This document shows, in pieces, positions 7,772 to 15,481 of a stretch of DNA of 32,000 nt. Location: assembly GCF_900199515.1 (NCBI RefSeq), contig NZ_LT963434.1:903272-935271 (forward strand), read 5' to 3'. The notes beneath the pieces are model-generated. The model worked only from the letters and a program-made list of their open reading frames with translations. It was not told the DNA's origin and ran no database searches. The position numbers and the translations under genes are program-made. Source of the DNA: Massilicoli timonensis. GTDB taxonomy: Bacteria > Bacillota_I > Bacilli_A > Erysipelotrichales > Erysipelotrichaceae. Each line of letters starts with the position of its first letter. Within the stretch, counting starts at the first letter, position 1.

Positions 7772-8550
7772 GGCTCGATCCAGTTAAAATGCACGCAGGC
7801 ATTCCAAATGCCGTCATGATCGCTGTCATCGCTCACATAATCGGCAAGCATCTTTAACTGGGGGATCGCATTGCCCATCGCAATGGAAAAGGGCGCCTGT
7901 TCAAACATCTTGCGGTCATTGAGACCATCTCCGAATACTACGATGTCCTGCGGATCACCGCCTGCTTCCTTTACCATACGCAGGATCCCTTTGTATTTAT
8001 CATCCGGTTCCACAATGACAAAACTATCATCATAGCGCATCATACCGATCTGCTTGATTTCCGGCAGTTTTGCTTCTTCATCCGGCCGCATGGCGATCAT
8101 AAAACGACGAATGTGATGCAGTGCATCAAGATCCAGGTGTGGCTCGACCTGTAATTCCACAAATCCTTGCGCACCGGGACACTGTTTGACAAAACGCTCG
8201 TCTTTGGTCAGACGGATCCGATCATCTGTCAATGATACAGCGAGCGGGAACCCCAGTGCCTCGGCTTTTTTCATGATGGCGATCGCCAGATCATCGGCTA
8301 ATGGTTCATAGGCGATCAGCTTACCGCCGAAGTATAATCCATTCCCACCTTCACACACCATGTTTTGAATGCCATGTTCCTGCGCGAACTCCTTGGCTCG
8401 AAAATGGGCCCGTCCGGTTGCGATCGCCACAAAATGTCCCTGCGCTTCCAATGCGCATAAGGCGCGCTTTGTACTTTCCGGCACCAGATTAAACACCTTG
8501 GAACTAGTAAGCGTACCGTCAATATCGAAAAAGAAATACTTGCGTTTCAT
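7765..8550 (-). CDS. Cof-type HAD-IIB family hydrolase (sugar-phosphate phosphatase-like)
   Basis: Motifs FFFDIDGTLT (motif I), ATGR and FGDGLNDRKMF (motif IV). Start re-called at MKRKYFFFD, with GAGGGA 6 nt upstream. The ORF-track ATG at 8574 overlaps the upstream gene and lacks an SD. Confidence 0.85.
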   Translation of the reverse strand: MKRKYFFFDIDGTLTSSKVFNLVPESTKRALCALEAQGHFVAIATGRAHFRAKEFAQEHGIQNMVCEGGNGLYFGGKLIAYEPLADDLAIAIMKKAEALGFPLAVSLTDDRIRLTKDERFVKQCPGAQGFVELQVEPHLDLDALHHIRRFMIAMRPDEEAKLPEIKQIGMMRYDDSFVIVEPDDKYKGILRMVKEAGGDPQDIVVFGDGLNDRKMFEQAPFSIAMGNAIPQLKMLADYVSDDSDHDGIWNACVHFNWIEPK

Positions 8551-8566
8551 GACTGTTCCCTCTTTC

Positions 8567-9415
8567 TTACTCATAGTGTTTGGCCATGGTGAAACCGCGC
8601 CCCTTTACTTCATTGACCTGATGAATGATCATAAAAGCATCGGCATCGATCTCATGTACCCGATCACATAAAAGGGTAAGCTCTCTGGGACTCACAACAC
8701 TTAGAATTACCGGATATGCGCTGTGCTTAAAGCCGGTTTCTGCATGCATCAGCGTCGTACCGCGATCTAACTGATGGATGATCATCTCATTGATGTGCTC
8801 ATATTCTTTGCTGATGATCTTTACTTGTATCTGGGATTTGCCTATGACCAATACCTTATCTAAGACCACCGTATAGATCAGCACTAACAAAATGCCGTAC
8901 AGCACCATTTCCCGTTCACGAATGACCATCTGTCCAAGCAGGATCACAAAATCAAACGCATACATGCTGAGCGATACCGAGATGCCCATTTTCTTGTGCA
9001 GAACAAGCGGCGGAATATCCATGCCGCCGGTACTGGCACCGCAGCGGATCACGATGCCGATTGCCGCACCGATCATCAGTCCCGCCAAAATACAGGACAG
9101 CAAACGATCCTGCGTCATGACTTCATTTCCCAAAAAGCCTTGCAAGATACTTAAAATAAACGGATAATAAAAAGAACTGATCAAAGTCGTCAGCGCAAAC
9201 TGTTTGCCCAGTACCCAAAAGCCCAGCAAAAACATCGCAATATTAAAAAGCGATACAAACAGCGTTAACGGCACACCTAACACCTGTTCAAACAGCAGCC
9301 CCATTCCGGTCGTTCCTCCGGTAATCAGCTCATTGGGCACGATAAACAACACAACGGCCAGCGCATATAATGTATTGCCGGCTAAGATGCCGACGATATT
9401 TTTTACTTGATTCAA
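8567..9415 (-). CDS. YitT family membrane protein (DUF2179), paralog 2
   Basis: Same architecture as 5143-6003 (GASTGGMDIPPLV; C-terminal GTTLMHAETGF...FMIIHQVNEVKGRGF). Start proposed at TTG 9415 (GAAAGGGTG SD, 6-nt spacer), giving 282 aa against 286 aa for paralog 1. The longer ORF to 9556 would run through a terminator and overlap the ABC permease. The ATGs at 9532 and 9556 cannot be fully excluded. Confidence 0.8.
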   Translation of the reverse strand: MNQVKNIVGILAGNTLYALAVVLFIVPNELITGGTTGMGLLFEQVLGVPLTLFVSLFNIAMFLLGFWVLGKQFALTTLISSFYYPFILSILQGFLGNEVMTQDRLLSCILAGLMIGAAIGIVIRCGASTGGMDIPPLVLHKKMGISVSLSMYAFDFVILLGQMVIREREMVLYGILLVLIYTVVLDKVLVIGKSQIQVKIISKEYEHINEMIIHQLDRGTTLMHAETGFKHSAYPVILSVVSPRELTLLCDRVHEIDADAFMIIHQVNEVKGRGFTMAKHYE

Positions 9416-9470
9416 ACCAAACACCCTTTCTGATGAAACATTACCAGTCCTATTATAGAGGAAAGCACAT

Positions 9471-9523
9471 AAAAAAGAAAGAACAAAGCGCCTGATGAAA
9501 TGAACAAAGCGTTTGTTCTTTCT
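9471..9523 (-). terminator. Rho-independent terminator after the ABC-2 permease gene (with a competing smaller hairpin)
   Basis: On the minus strand, AGAAAGAACAAACG pairs with CG(C)UUUGUUCUUUCU (14 bp, one bulge) and is followed by UUUUU. The 5' arm can alternatively fold locally (GAACAAA-cgc-UUUGUUC, 9502-9518). A consensus TATAAT (9457-9452) follows, upstream of the YitT2 SD. Confidence 0.6.
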
Positions 9524-9537
9524 GTTTCCCATAAACT

Positions 9538-10431
9538 CTATTTCTGTTTCTTGCATTTATTTAACAGCACATACAACATGATCAACACCACAACGGCAAT
9601 CCCAACGATCAGATACATCACCGGCAGATCGACCTGATGCCCGAAAAAATAAAGATTACAGTCAAGTAGATCCCTTAGTTCTTTCATGCCTGCTTCCGGG
9701 ATGCCCTGCGCCTTCATTTCCGCAAGTACCCCCTGCATAGTATGATTGCGGATCAGTGATGTGCCATAAGTGCCGGGCAGAAAAGAGATGATCTTTTGTA
9801 ATGTCTCGCCAAATGAGTAAATCGGCATATAAGCGCCGCAGATAAAGCCATACCCTGCACTGATGATCGTACCGACTGCGGAAATCTGACCTTGCGTCGA
9901 TAAGAAAAAATTGATGATCGAAGACAGTGCCGTACCAAACAAAACAAGCAGCACAATATCTAAGAATAAAAAGCAAACATCCGCAAACGACAGATACCAT
10001 CCTACCACAGCCAAATAACCAAGACAGATGCCCATTGCAATCAAACAAATGATCAGCGTGGAGAGCAAGGTTGCCATATAATAGCTTAAAGAAAGCACAG
10101 ATGACTTGATCGGTGCTATCCGGAAATCTTTGATCGCGCCGCTCACCTTATCCTGCACCATCAGGAAATTAGAACAGAACGCAACCGTCACGCAGGAAAC
10201 AGCAAGGATCGAAGAAACGAGCTGACCGCCCACCAAACCATCGATCAACCCGCTTGAAAGCTGCAACGTATCCGGCAAAAGTGATGTGAAATTATCACGA
10301 TATACATTTCCAAGAAAAGTAACATATAGTACAAGCAGGATCAGTGGGGTGATCAAAGAGGTAAAGAACATACCTTTATCTTTGAAAAACAATTTTATAT
10401 TTCGTTTTACTAATATCAAAAATGCACTCAT
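9538..10431 (-). CDS. ABC-2 type transporter permease
   Basis: 297 aa with about 6 predicted TM helices. The start overlaps the ATPase stop (TGATG), which suggests translational coupling. Confidence 0.8.
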   Translation of the reverse strand: MSAFLILVKRNIKLFFKDKGMFFTSLITPLILLVLYVTFLGNVYRDNFTSLLPDTLQLSSGLIDGLVGGQLVSSILAVSCVTVAFCSNFLMVQDKVSGAIKDFRIAPIKSSVLSLSYYMATLLSTLIICLIAMGICLGYLAVVGWYLSFADVCFLFLDIVLLVLFGTALSSIINFFLSTQGQISAVGTIISAGYGFICGAYMPIYSFGETLQKIISFLPGTYGTSLIRNHTMQGVLAEMKAQGIPEAGMKELRDLLDCNLYFFGHQVDLPVMYLIVGIAVVVLIMLYVLLNKCKKQK

Positions 10432-11342
10432 CAGTTTGCTCCTTCCACCAGTGTTTTTCCGGTTACCGCAAGGAAAATATCATCCATTTTCCCTTTTGTG
10501 ATCTCATAATCCTGAAACAACTGCGGATGATGCAGGATCAGTTCAGTGGCAGCTTTTGGATTTGCGAGCGTCAGCCGATAGCCGTTTGGCACCTGCTCAT
10601 ATGGCAGACCAAGACTTCTTACAGCATCTTCCTCTATGCCATAAATCGTAACATGATCATCCGCATATTTGTTTTTTAATGCGAGCGGCGTGCCTTCCGC
10701 AATGATCTTGCCATCATCAATAATCACGACATGGTCCGCTTCCGCAGCTTCTTCCATATAGTGCGTTGTCAAAAATACCGTCATATTTTCATTTTTGCGA
10801 AGACCGGCTATGACATTCCAAAGGGTCTTGCGCGTCTGCGGATCAAGACCTGTGGTCGGTTCATCTAAGATCAAGATCTTAGGCTTATGAAAGAGCGCTC
10901 TGGCAATATCGATCCTGCGACGCTGTCCGCCTGATAATTTACCGACACTGCGTTTCAACAGATCTTCAAAATCAAGCAGTTTTGCCAATTCCGCAAGTCT
11001 TTGCTTAAATTCGGTCTTGCTCATGCCATATAAAGCGGCGCGGCTTTCTAAATTATCATAAACCGAAAGCGCCGCATCTAAAACAGAATACTGAAAAACG
11101 ACACCGAAATCCCGCTTGATCTGTGCACTGTCTCGGTCTAAATCATGGCCGTTGATCAAGACACGTCCGCTGTCTTTTGCCAGCTGTCCGCACATGATAT
11201 TGATTGTCGTTGATTTCCCGGCGCCATTGATTCCCAAAAAGGCAAATAGACTGCCCTCTTTTACCCGAAAACTTAAATCTTGAACTGCTTTGACTGATGC
11301 AAAGCTTTTATTCAGATGATCAATTTGAATGATATTGCTCAT
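10431..11342 (-). CDS. ABC transporter ATP-binding protein (DrrA/ABC-2 exporter type)
   Basis: Walker A GINGAGKST, signature LSGGQRRR, Walker B ILILDEPTTGLD. Start re-called at MSNIIQIDHL, with AAAGGAGG upstream. Confidence 0.9.
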   Translation of the reverse strand: MSNIIQIDHLNKSFASVKAVQDLSFRVKEGSLFAFLGINGAGKSTTINIMCGQLAKDSGRVLINGHDLDRDSAQIKRDFGVVFQYSVLDAALSVYDNLESRAALYGMSKTEFKQRLAELAKLLDFEDLLKRSVGKLSGGQRRRIDIARALFHKPKILILDEPTTGLDPQTRKTLWNVIAGLRKNENMTVFLTTHYMEEAAEADHVVIIDDGKIIAEGTPLALKNKYADDHVTIYGIEEDAVRSLGLPYEQVPNGYRLTLANPKAATELILHHPQLFQDYEITKGKMDDIFLAVTGKTLVEGAN

Positions 11343-11476
11343 TTCTTTCCTCCTTTGTACGCTTATCAATTATAACTCATACGGATGCACAATGTACCAG
11401 ATCCTTTTTACATAGATCAGAAGTAATCCGGACATATCTTTTTCAAGAAGATCATAAATCGTACAAATCTTTTATT

Positions 11477-11495
11477 ATTGATACTCGTTATCAAT
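11477..11495. promoter_or_regulatory. 7-5-7 palindrome ATTGATA-CTCGT-TATCAAT, candidate operator of the ABC-2 operon
   Basis: Perfect inverted repeat immediately downstream of the -10 hexamer of the predicted promoter. An 11-nt segment TTATCAATTAT recurs at 11363-11373 next to the SD. Confidence 0.45.
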
Positions 11496-11496
11496 T

Positions 11497-11524
11497 ATTA
11501 TAATGAAATTACTATGAATGTCAA
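11497..11524 (-). promoter_or_regulatory. Near-consensus sigma-A promoter for the ABC-2 exporter operon
   Basis: On the minus strand, TTGACA (11524-11519), 16-nt spacer, TATAAT (11502-11497). This implies a leader of about 150 nt. Confidence 0.6.
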
Positions 11525-11740
11525 ACTAAAATAATACCTTCTCTGTCCTGGCTGTTGAAAACAGCTGCAAATAGTGGTATTCGCTTACTGATCCTAGATC
11601 ATCAGATTCATCTGGTGCTTATTTTATGCCTTATGATCTTCCATGCATCGGCATCGTTTCTGTCAAATGGCAGGAAAAGAAAATGATTGCCTGCTAAATC
11701 TTTCTCTTCCCTGCACCGTTTGCTTTCCATGCAGGATAGG

Positions 11741-11768
11741 AAAAAGCAGACTTTGCCCGGTCTGCTTT
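11741..11768 (-). terminator. Rho-independent terminator after MATE gene 1
   Basis: 9-bp stem AAAGCAGAC / GUCUGCUUU with an 8-nt loop and trailing U residues on the minus strand, 19 nt after the stop. Confidence 0.7.
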
Positions 11769-11786
11769 CTTTATCTTATTGCTCCT

Positions 11787-13136
11787 TTACGCATGCTGCG
11801 TTAAGTTGCGGATCCATTTTTCTTTGCGATAAAACATCGTTGCGATACATACCTTTACAAGTCCCATCGCTTCCACGGCAATATAAAGAAACAGGAAGTC
11901 GATCGGAAAAATACGGGAAAAGATCGTTGAAGTCAATACCGGTCCCAGCCAGGTAAACAGCCCGTCGATGATCAGCACCGATTTGGTGTCGCCGCCGGAA
12001 CGCAGAATATAATAAATGGTATTGGAATAGCCCTGCGTCCACGAAAGCAATGATTTTACGATCAGCAGCAGCGTTGCCAAATGCAGGCTGTCAGCGCGAA
12101 GCGAAAAGGCTTTTGGCGTGATACCGGAAGTAATCAAGATCAAAGCACTGCCGATCGCATAAGTAAGCAGCGCCATCCAGATCATGTTTTTCGCATTTTC
12201 CTTGGCTTTGTCAATGCGGTTGGCGCCTAATTCACTGCCGACCATCACACCGATCGCTACGCCGCACCCGCTGAATAACACATAAACAAGATTATTGATA
12301 TTGTCTACAACGGTAAGCGCCGGGATCGAGCTTTCGCTCATAAAACTGAAGTTCAAGAAAACGATGCTTAATCCCAATGAATACATCACTTCATTGCACA
12401 TCAGCGGAATTGCTTTGGCAATGATGTCTTTCTTCAATGAGAAAGGCAATTTTCCATAAGCGACATGCATACGGATGCGGCTGTCTTTGCGATTGACGAT
12501 CACAAGCAGCAGGATCATTTCCACCCAGCGGGAAATACAGGTTGCGATCGCCGCACCTGCCACGCCCAGCTGTGGAAAGCCGAAATTCCCCATGATCAGC
12601 AGATAATTCAGCACGACGTTTGTAATAAATGCCACAAGCCCCGATACCATCGGGATCTGCGGATGCCCCATAACGCGGAATGCGACCGAGCACATACCGG
12701 CAATCGCAAAAGGGATGAAGCACCAACGCAGCACTTCGACATATTCTACGCCCATGGCAATGACACGCGGATTTTTCACAAAGATCGAAATCGTAATTTC
12801 CGGGTTCACAAATAAAAATACGCTTACCAGAGCGCCGACGATGATGCAAAGCACATTGCCATAGCGAAATACCCGGTTATAACTCGTTTGATCATTTGCC
12901 CCATAGTATTGAGAAATATATAAGCCGACACCGTTGGTAAGGCCGAAGATCGCCAGCGAATAAATAAAGAAAAACTTATTGGCGACTGCCACCGCACTGA
13001 TCGCATCTTCCCCTACTGATGAAATCATCAATGTATCACACATACTGACAAGATTGACCAGCAGCTGTTGGATCATGACCGGAAGTGTCAGCTTAAAGTA
13101 ATAGCGCAAAAAATCTCTGTTCTTCAAAATATGCAT
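11787..13136 (-). CDS. MATE family efflux transporter
   Basis: 449 aa, about 12 TM. N-terminal MATE signature region (LTLPVMIQQLLVNLVSMCDTLMISSVGEDAISAVAVA). AGGAGGG SD. Confidence 0.9.
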   Translation of the reverse strand: MHILKNRDFLRYYFKLTLPVMIQQLLVNLVSMCDTLMISSVGEDAISAVAVANKFFFIYSLAIFGLTNGVGLYISQYYGANDQTSYNRVFRYGNVLCIIVGALVSVFLFVNPEITISIFVKNPRVIAMGVEYVEVLRWCFIPFAIAGMCSVAFRVMGHPQIPMVSGLVAFITNVVLNYLLIMGNFGFPQLGVAGAAIATCISRWVEMILLLVIVNRKDSRIRMHVAYGKLPFSLKKDIIAKAIPLMCNEVMYSLGLSIVFLNFSFMSESSIPALTVVDNINNLVYVLFSGCGVAIGVMVGSELGANRIDKAKENAKNMIWMALLTYAIGSALILITSGITPKAFSLRADSLHLATLLLIVKSLLSWTQGYSNTIYYILRSGGDTKSVLIIDGLFTWLGPVLTSTIFSRIFPIDFLFLYIAVEAMGLVKVCIATMFYRKEKWIRNLTQHA

Positions 13137-13173
13137 ACGATCCCTCCTCTATACTATACCAATTACAGAATTT

Positions 13174-13203
13174 ACTATACCAAACAACAGATAGGTAAGT
13201 CAA
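13174..13203 (-). promoter_or_regulatory. Candidate promoter for MATE gene 1
   Basis: On the minus strand, TTGACT (13203-13198), 18-nt spacer, TATAGT (13179-13174), with TG at the extended -10 position. The -10 block is one copy of the 11-bp direct repeat TTGGTATAGTA. Confidence 0.45.
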
Positions 13204-13256
13204 TCGTCAAATTTTCTTTTCCGTATTTGATGGCCAAAAGAAAAACAGCGCTTTCA

Positions 13257-13285
13257 TTGACAAGCATTTCGTTCCTCTTTATAAT
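13257..13285 (+). promoter_or_regulatory. Consensus sigma-A promoter for MATE gene 2
   Basis: TTGACA (13257-13262), 17-nt spacer, TATAAT (13280-13285). Confidence 0.7.
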
Positions 13286-13313
13286 AGTGTGAGTTTGAGA
13301 AAAGAGGGATCTT

Positions 13314-14648
13314 ATGGAATGGGATGATTTATCCTTGCATCATCTGAAAAAGATGTTTTTTCACTATGTAAGCAACAGTGTCATCGGTATGGCAGGATTG
13401 TCCTTCAATGTGTTTACCGATACCTTTTTTATTGCGAACGGCATCGGTTCTCATGCGCTGGCGCCTTTGAATGTGGCGCTGCCGATGTTTTCCTTTGTCA
13501 GTGCAATGGCGATCATGAGCGCCATGGGATGTGCGACCCGCTATGCTTTGTTAAAGGCGGGAAAACATGACAAGGAAGCGGATGCGGTGTTTGCCCATGG
13601 ACTAGTAGCGGCGTTATTACAATCCCTTCTCTTATTGGTAGCCGGGCTTTTTTTCACTCGTCCCCTCGCTGTTTTACTGGGCGCCAATGAAGCGATCGCA
13701 ACAGATACGGCGCAATACCTGTTTCCTTTGCTTACGCTCGGCTTTTTATTTCAGTTCAACCAGTTGTTTATCTGCATGATCCGCAATGACAACGCGCCGG
13801 CATTGGCCATGAAAGCAATGGTGATCGGCAATCTGGTCAACATCGTATTGGACTATGTATTCATCTATCATTTTCACTGGGGACTATTCGGCGCCAGCCT
13901 TGCTTCCTGCTTTTCCCCGCTTACCTCGCTATTGATCTTATCGACCCACAAACTGCGCCATCGCAATCATTTTCACTGGCACAAGCCGAAATGGACGCTG
14001 GCTTTGCTGGGATCGATCTATCGCATAGGTATTCCCTCTTTCATCAATGAGATTTCTTCCGGTATCGTTATGCTTGCCTTTAACTATCTGCTTTTGAAGT
14101 ATGGCGGAAATACGGCGATCGCCGCTTATGGTATCATCGCCAATCTGGCGCTCATCATTCAGGCGATCTATTCCGGCATCGGACAGGGCATCCAGCCGAT
14201 CATTTCTCATCTTTACGGCAGCGGACAGATTTCTCTTTCTTTTCAGACTGCCCGCTATGCTGTTGTGACTGCGGCAAGCTTAGGGATCTTGTTCGTCGGC
14301 ATCGGTTTTCTGTTTCCGACACAGCTGATCGCGATCTTTAATTCCGATCACAATGCGGCATTGGAAGCGATTGCCAAGACCGGTATTCAGCTCTATTTCC
14401 CGGCCTTTTTGGTAGCGGGCATCAGTGTTTCGCTCACTTCTTTTTTCAGCAGCATTCATGCGGTCAACGAAAGTACGATCCTTTCACTTGGCCGAGGCAT
14501 TATCTTTGTTTTATGCTTTTTACTGCTCCTGCCGCCGTTCTTTGAACAAAACGGTGTATGGTTATCCATACCGGCCGCCGAATGGCTTAGTTTTTTCATC
14601 GCCTGCTTTTTCTTGATCCGCATCTATCGCCGGCTTTATCAGAAATAG
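13314..14648 (+). CDS. MATE family efflux transporter (second, divergent copy)
   Basis: 444 aa, about 12 TM, with MATE-like N-terminal region. AAGAGGGA SD. Confidence 0.85.
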   Translation: MEWDDLSLHHLKKMFFHYVSNSVIGMAGLSFNVFTDTFFIANGIGSHALAPLNVALPMFSFVSAMAIMSAMGCATRYALLKAGKHDKEADAVFAHGLVAALLQSLLLLVAGLFFTRPLAVLLGANEAIATDTAQYLFPLLTLGFLFQFNQLFICMIRNDNAPALAMKAMVIGNLVNIVLDYVFIYHFHWGLFGASLASCFSPLTSLLILSTHKLRHRNHFHWHKPKWTLALLGSIYRIGIPSFINEISSGIVMLAFNYLLLKYGGNTAIAAYGIIANLALIIQAIYSGIGQGIQPIISHLYGSGQISLSFQTARYAVVTAASLGILFVGIGFLFPTQLIAIFNSDHNAALEAIAKTGIQLYFPAFLVAGISVSLTSFFSSIHAVNESTILSLGRGIIFVLCFLLLLPPFFEQNGVWLSIPAAEWLSFFIACFFLIRIYRRLYQK

Positions 14649-14672
14649 TTTGCGAAGTTCTATCCTAAAGAT

Positions 14673-14709
14673 AAAAAAGTATTTGACGTTCATTGCCAAA
14701 TACTTTTTT
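14673..14709. terminator. Bidirectional rho-independent terminator between convergent MATE gene 2 and deoC
   Basis: 13-bp stem AAAAAAGUAUUUG / CAAAUACUUUUUU with an 11-nt loop. The A and U runs serve both strands. Confidence 0.8.
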
Positions 14710-14718
14710 TACATCGAA

Positions 14719-15384
14719 TCAATAACTTTCTTCGCTGCTTTCTCCCTGCATGAGCGCAACGCCGGCACTGCATCCGATCCGAGTTGCCCCTGCCGCTACC
14801 ATCGCATCCATATCTGCTTTACAACGTACACCGCCGGCTGCTTTTACCTCACATGCCTCTTTTACCGTATCCTTCATGAGCTTTACATGGTGGACCGTTG
14901 CACCTGCACTGGAAAAGCCGGTGGAAGTCTTTACGAAGGTCGCCTTGGCATCCATGCATAAGCGGCAAGCGGTTACGATTTCCGCATCGCTCAACAGGCA
15001 TGTTTCCAAAATAACTTTGACACATCTGCCCTGCGCCGCTTCTACCACCGCTTCGATATCCTTACGCACCGCTTCTTCATTTCCCGCTTTTAATTCCCCG
15101 ATATTGATCACCATATCGATTTCATCAGCGCCGTTGGCGATCGCATCTCTGGTTTCAAAGGCCTTGACCGCCGTCGTATTGGCACCAAGCGGGAAGCCGA
15201 TTACCGTACATACCTTGACATCGCTGCCTTTTAACAGCGCGGCACAGGTGGATACCCAGTATGGATTGACGCAGACCGAAGCGAAATCATAAGTTTTTGC
15301 TTCTTCACACAAGGTTTCGATCTGTTCCTTGACAGACTGCGGTTTTAATAAAGTATGATCGATCAGTTTATTTGGTTTCATCAT
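14719..15384 (-). CDS. deoC: Deoxyribose-phosphate aldolase
   Basis: 221 aa. Motifs [39 protein letters not shown] (Schiff-base Lys) and VKAAGGVR. Confidence 0.95.
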   Translation of the reverse strand: MMKPNKLIDHTLLKPQSVKEQIETLCEEAKTYDFASVCVNPYWVSTCAALLKGSDVKVCTVIGFPLGANTTAVKAFETRDAIANGADEIDMVINIGELKAGNEEAVRKDIEAVVEAAQGRCVKVILETCLLSDAEIVTACRLCMDAKATFVKTSTGFSSAGATVHHVKLMKDTVKEACEVKAAGGVRCKADMDAMVAAGATRIGCSAGVALMQGESSEESY

Positions 15385-15481
15385 TGGTTCCTCTCTTTCT
15401 TTCCTGTCCAGTATATCATGAAAGCGTCCATTGAGAAAGAGTGCAAAACCATTTCATACCTGCTTTTGTACTTTGCATTTC

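Noticed and set aside
11626-11697. 23-codon ORF (MPYDLPCIGIVSVKWQEKKMIAC) in the MATE/ABC intergenic region
   Set aside because: It has no Shine-Dalgarno sequence or promoter, and it lies opposite to the direction of the flanking operons. There is not enough evidence for a micropeptide.
12391-12849. 152-aa and 116-aa alternative-frame or antisense ORFs inside MATE gene 1 (similar ones lie inside the permease at 9662-10048)
   Set aside because: They give Arg/Cys/His-rich nonsense translation and are nested in genes with clear family signatures.
14750-15292. 180-aa plus-strand ORF fully antisense to deoC
   Set aside because: It is Ala/Ser/Thr-rich low-complexity translation, typical of the antisense frame of a conserved gene. 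It has no SD, and deoC on the opposite strand has unambiguous catalytic motifs.
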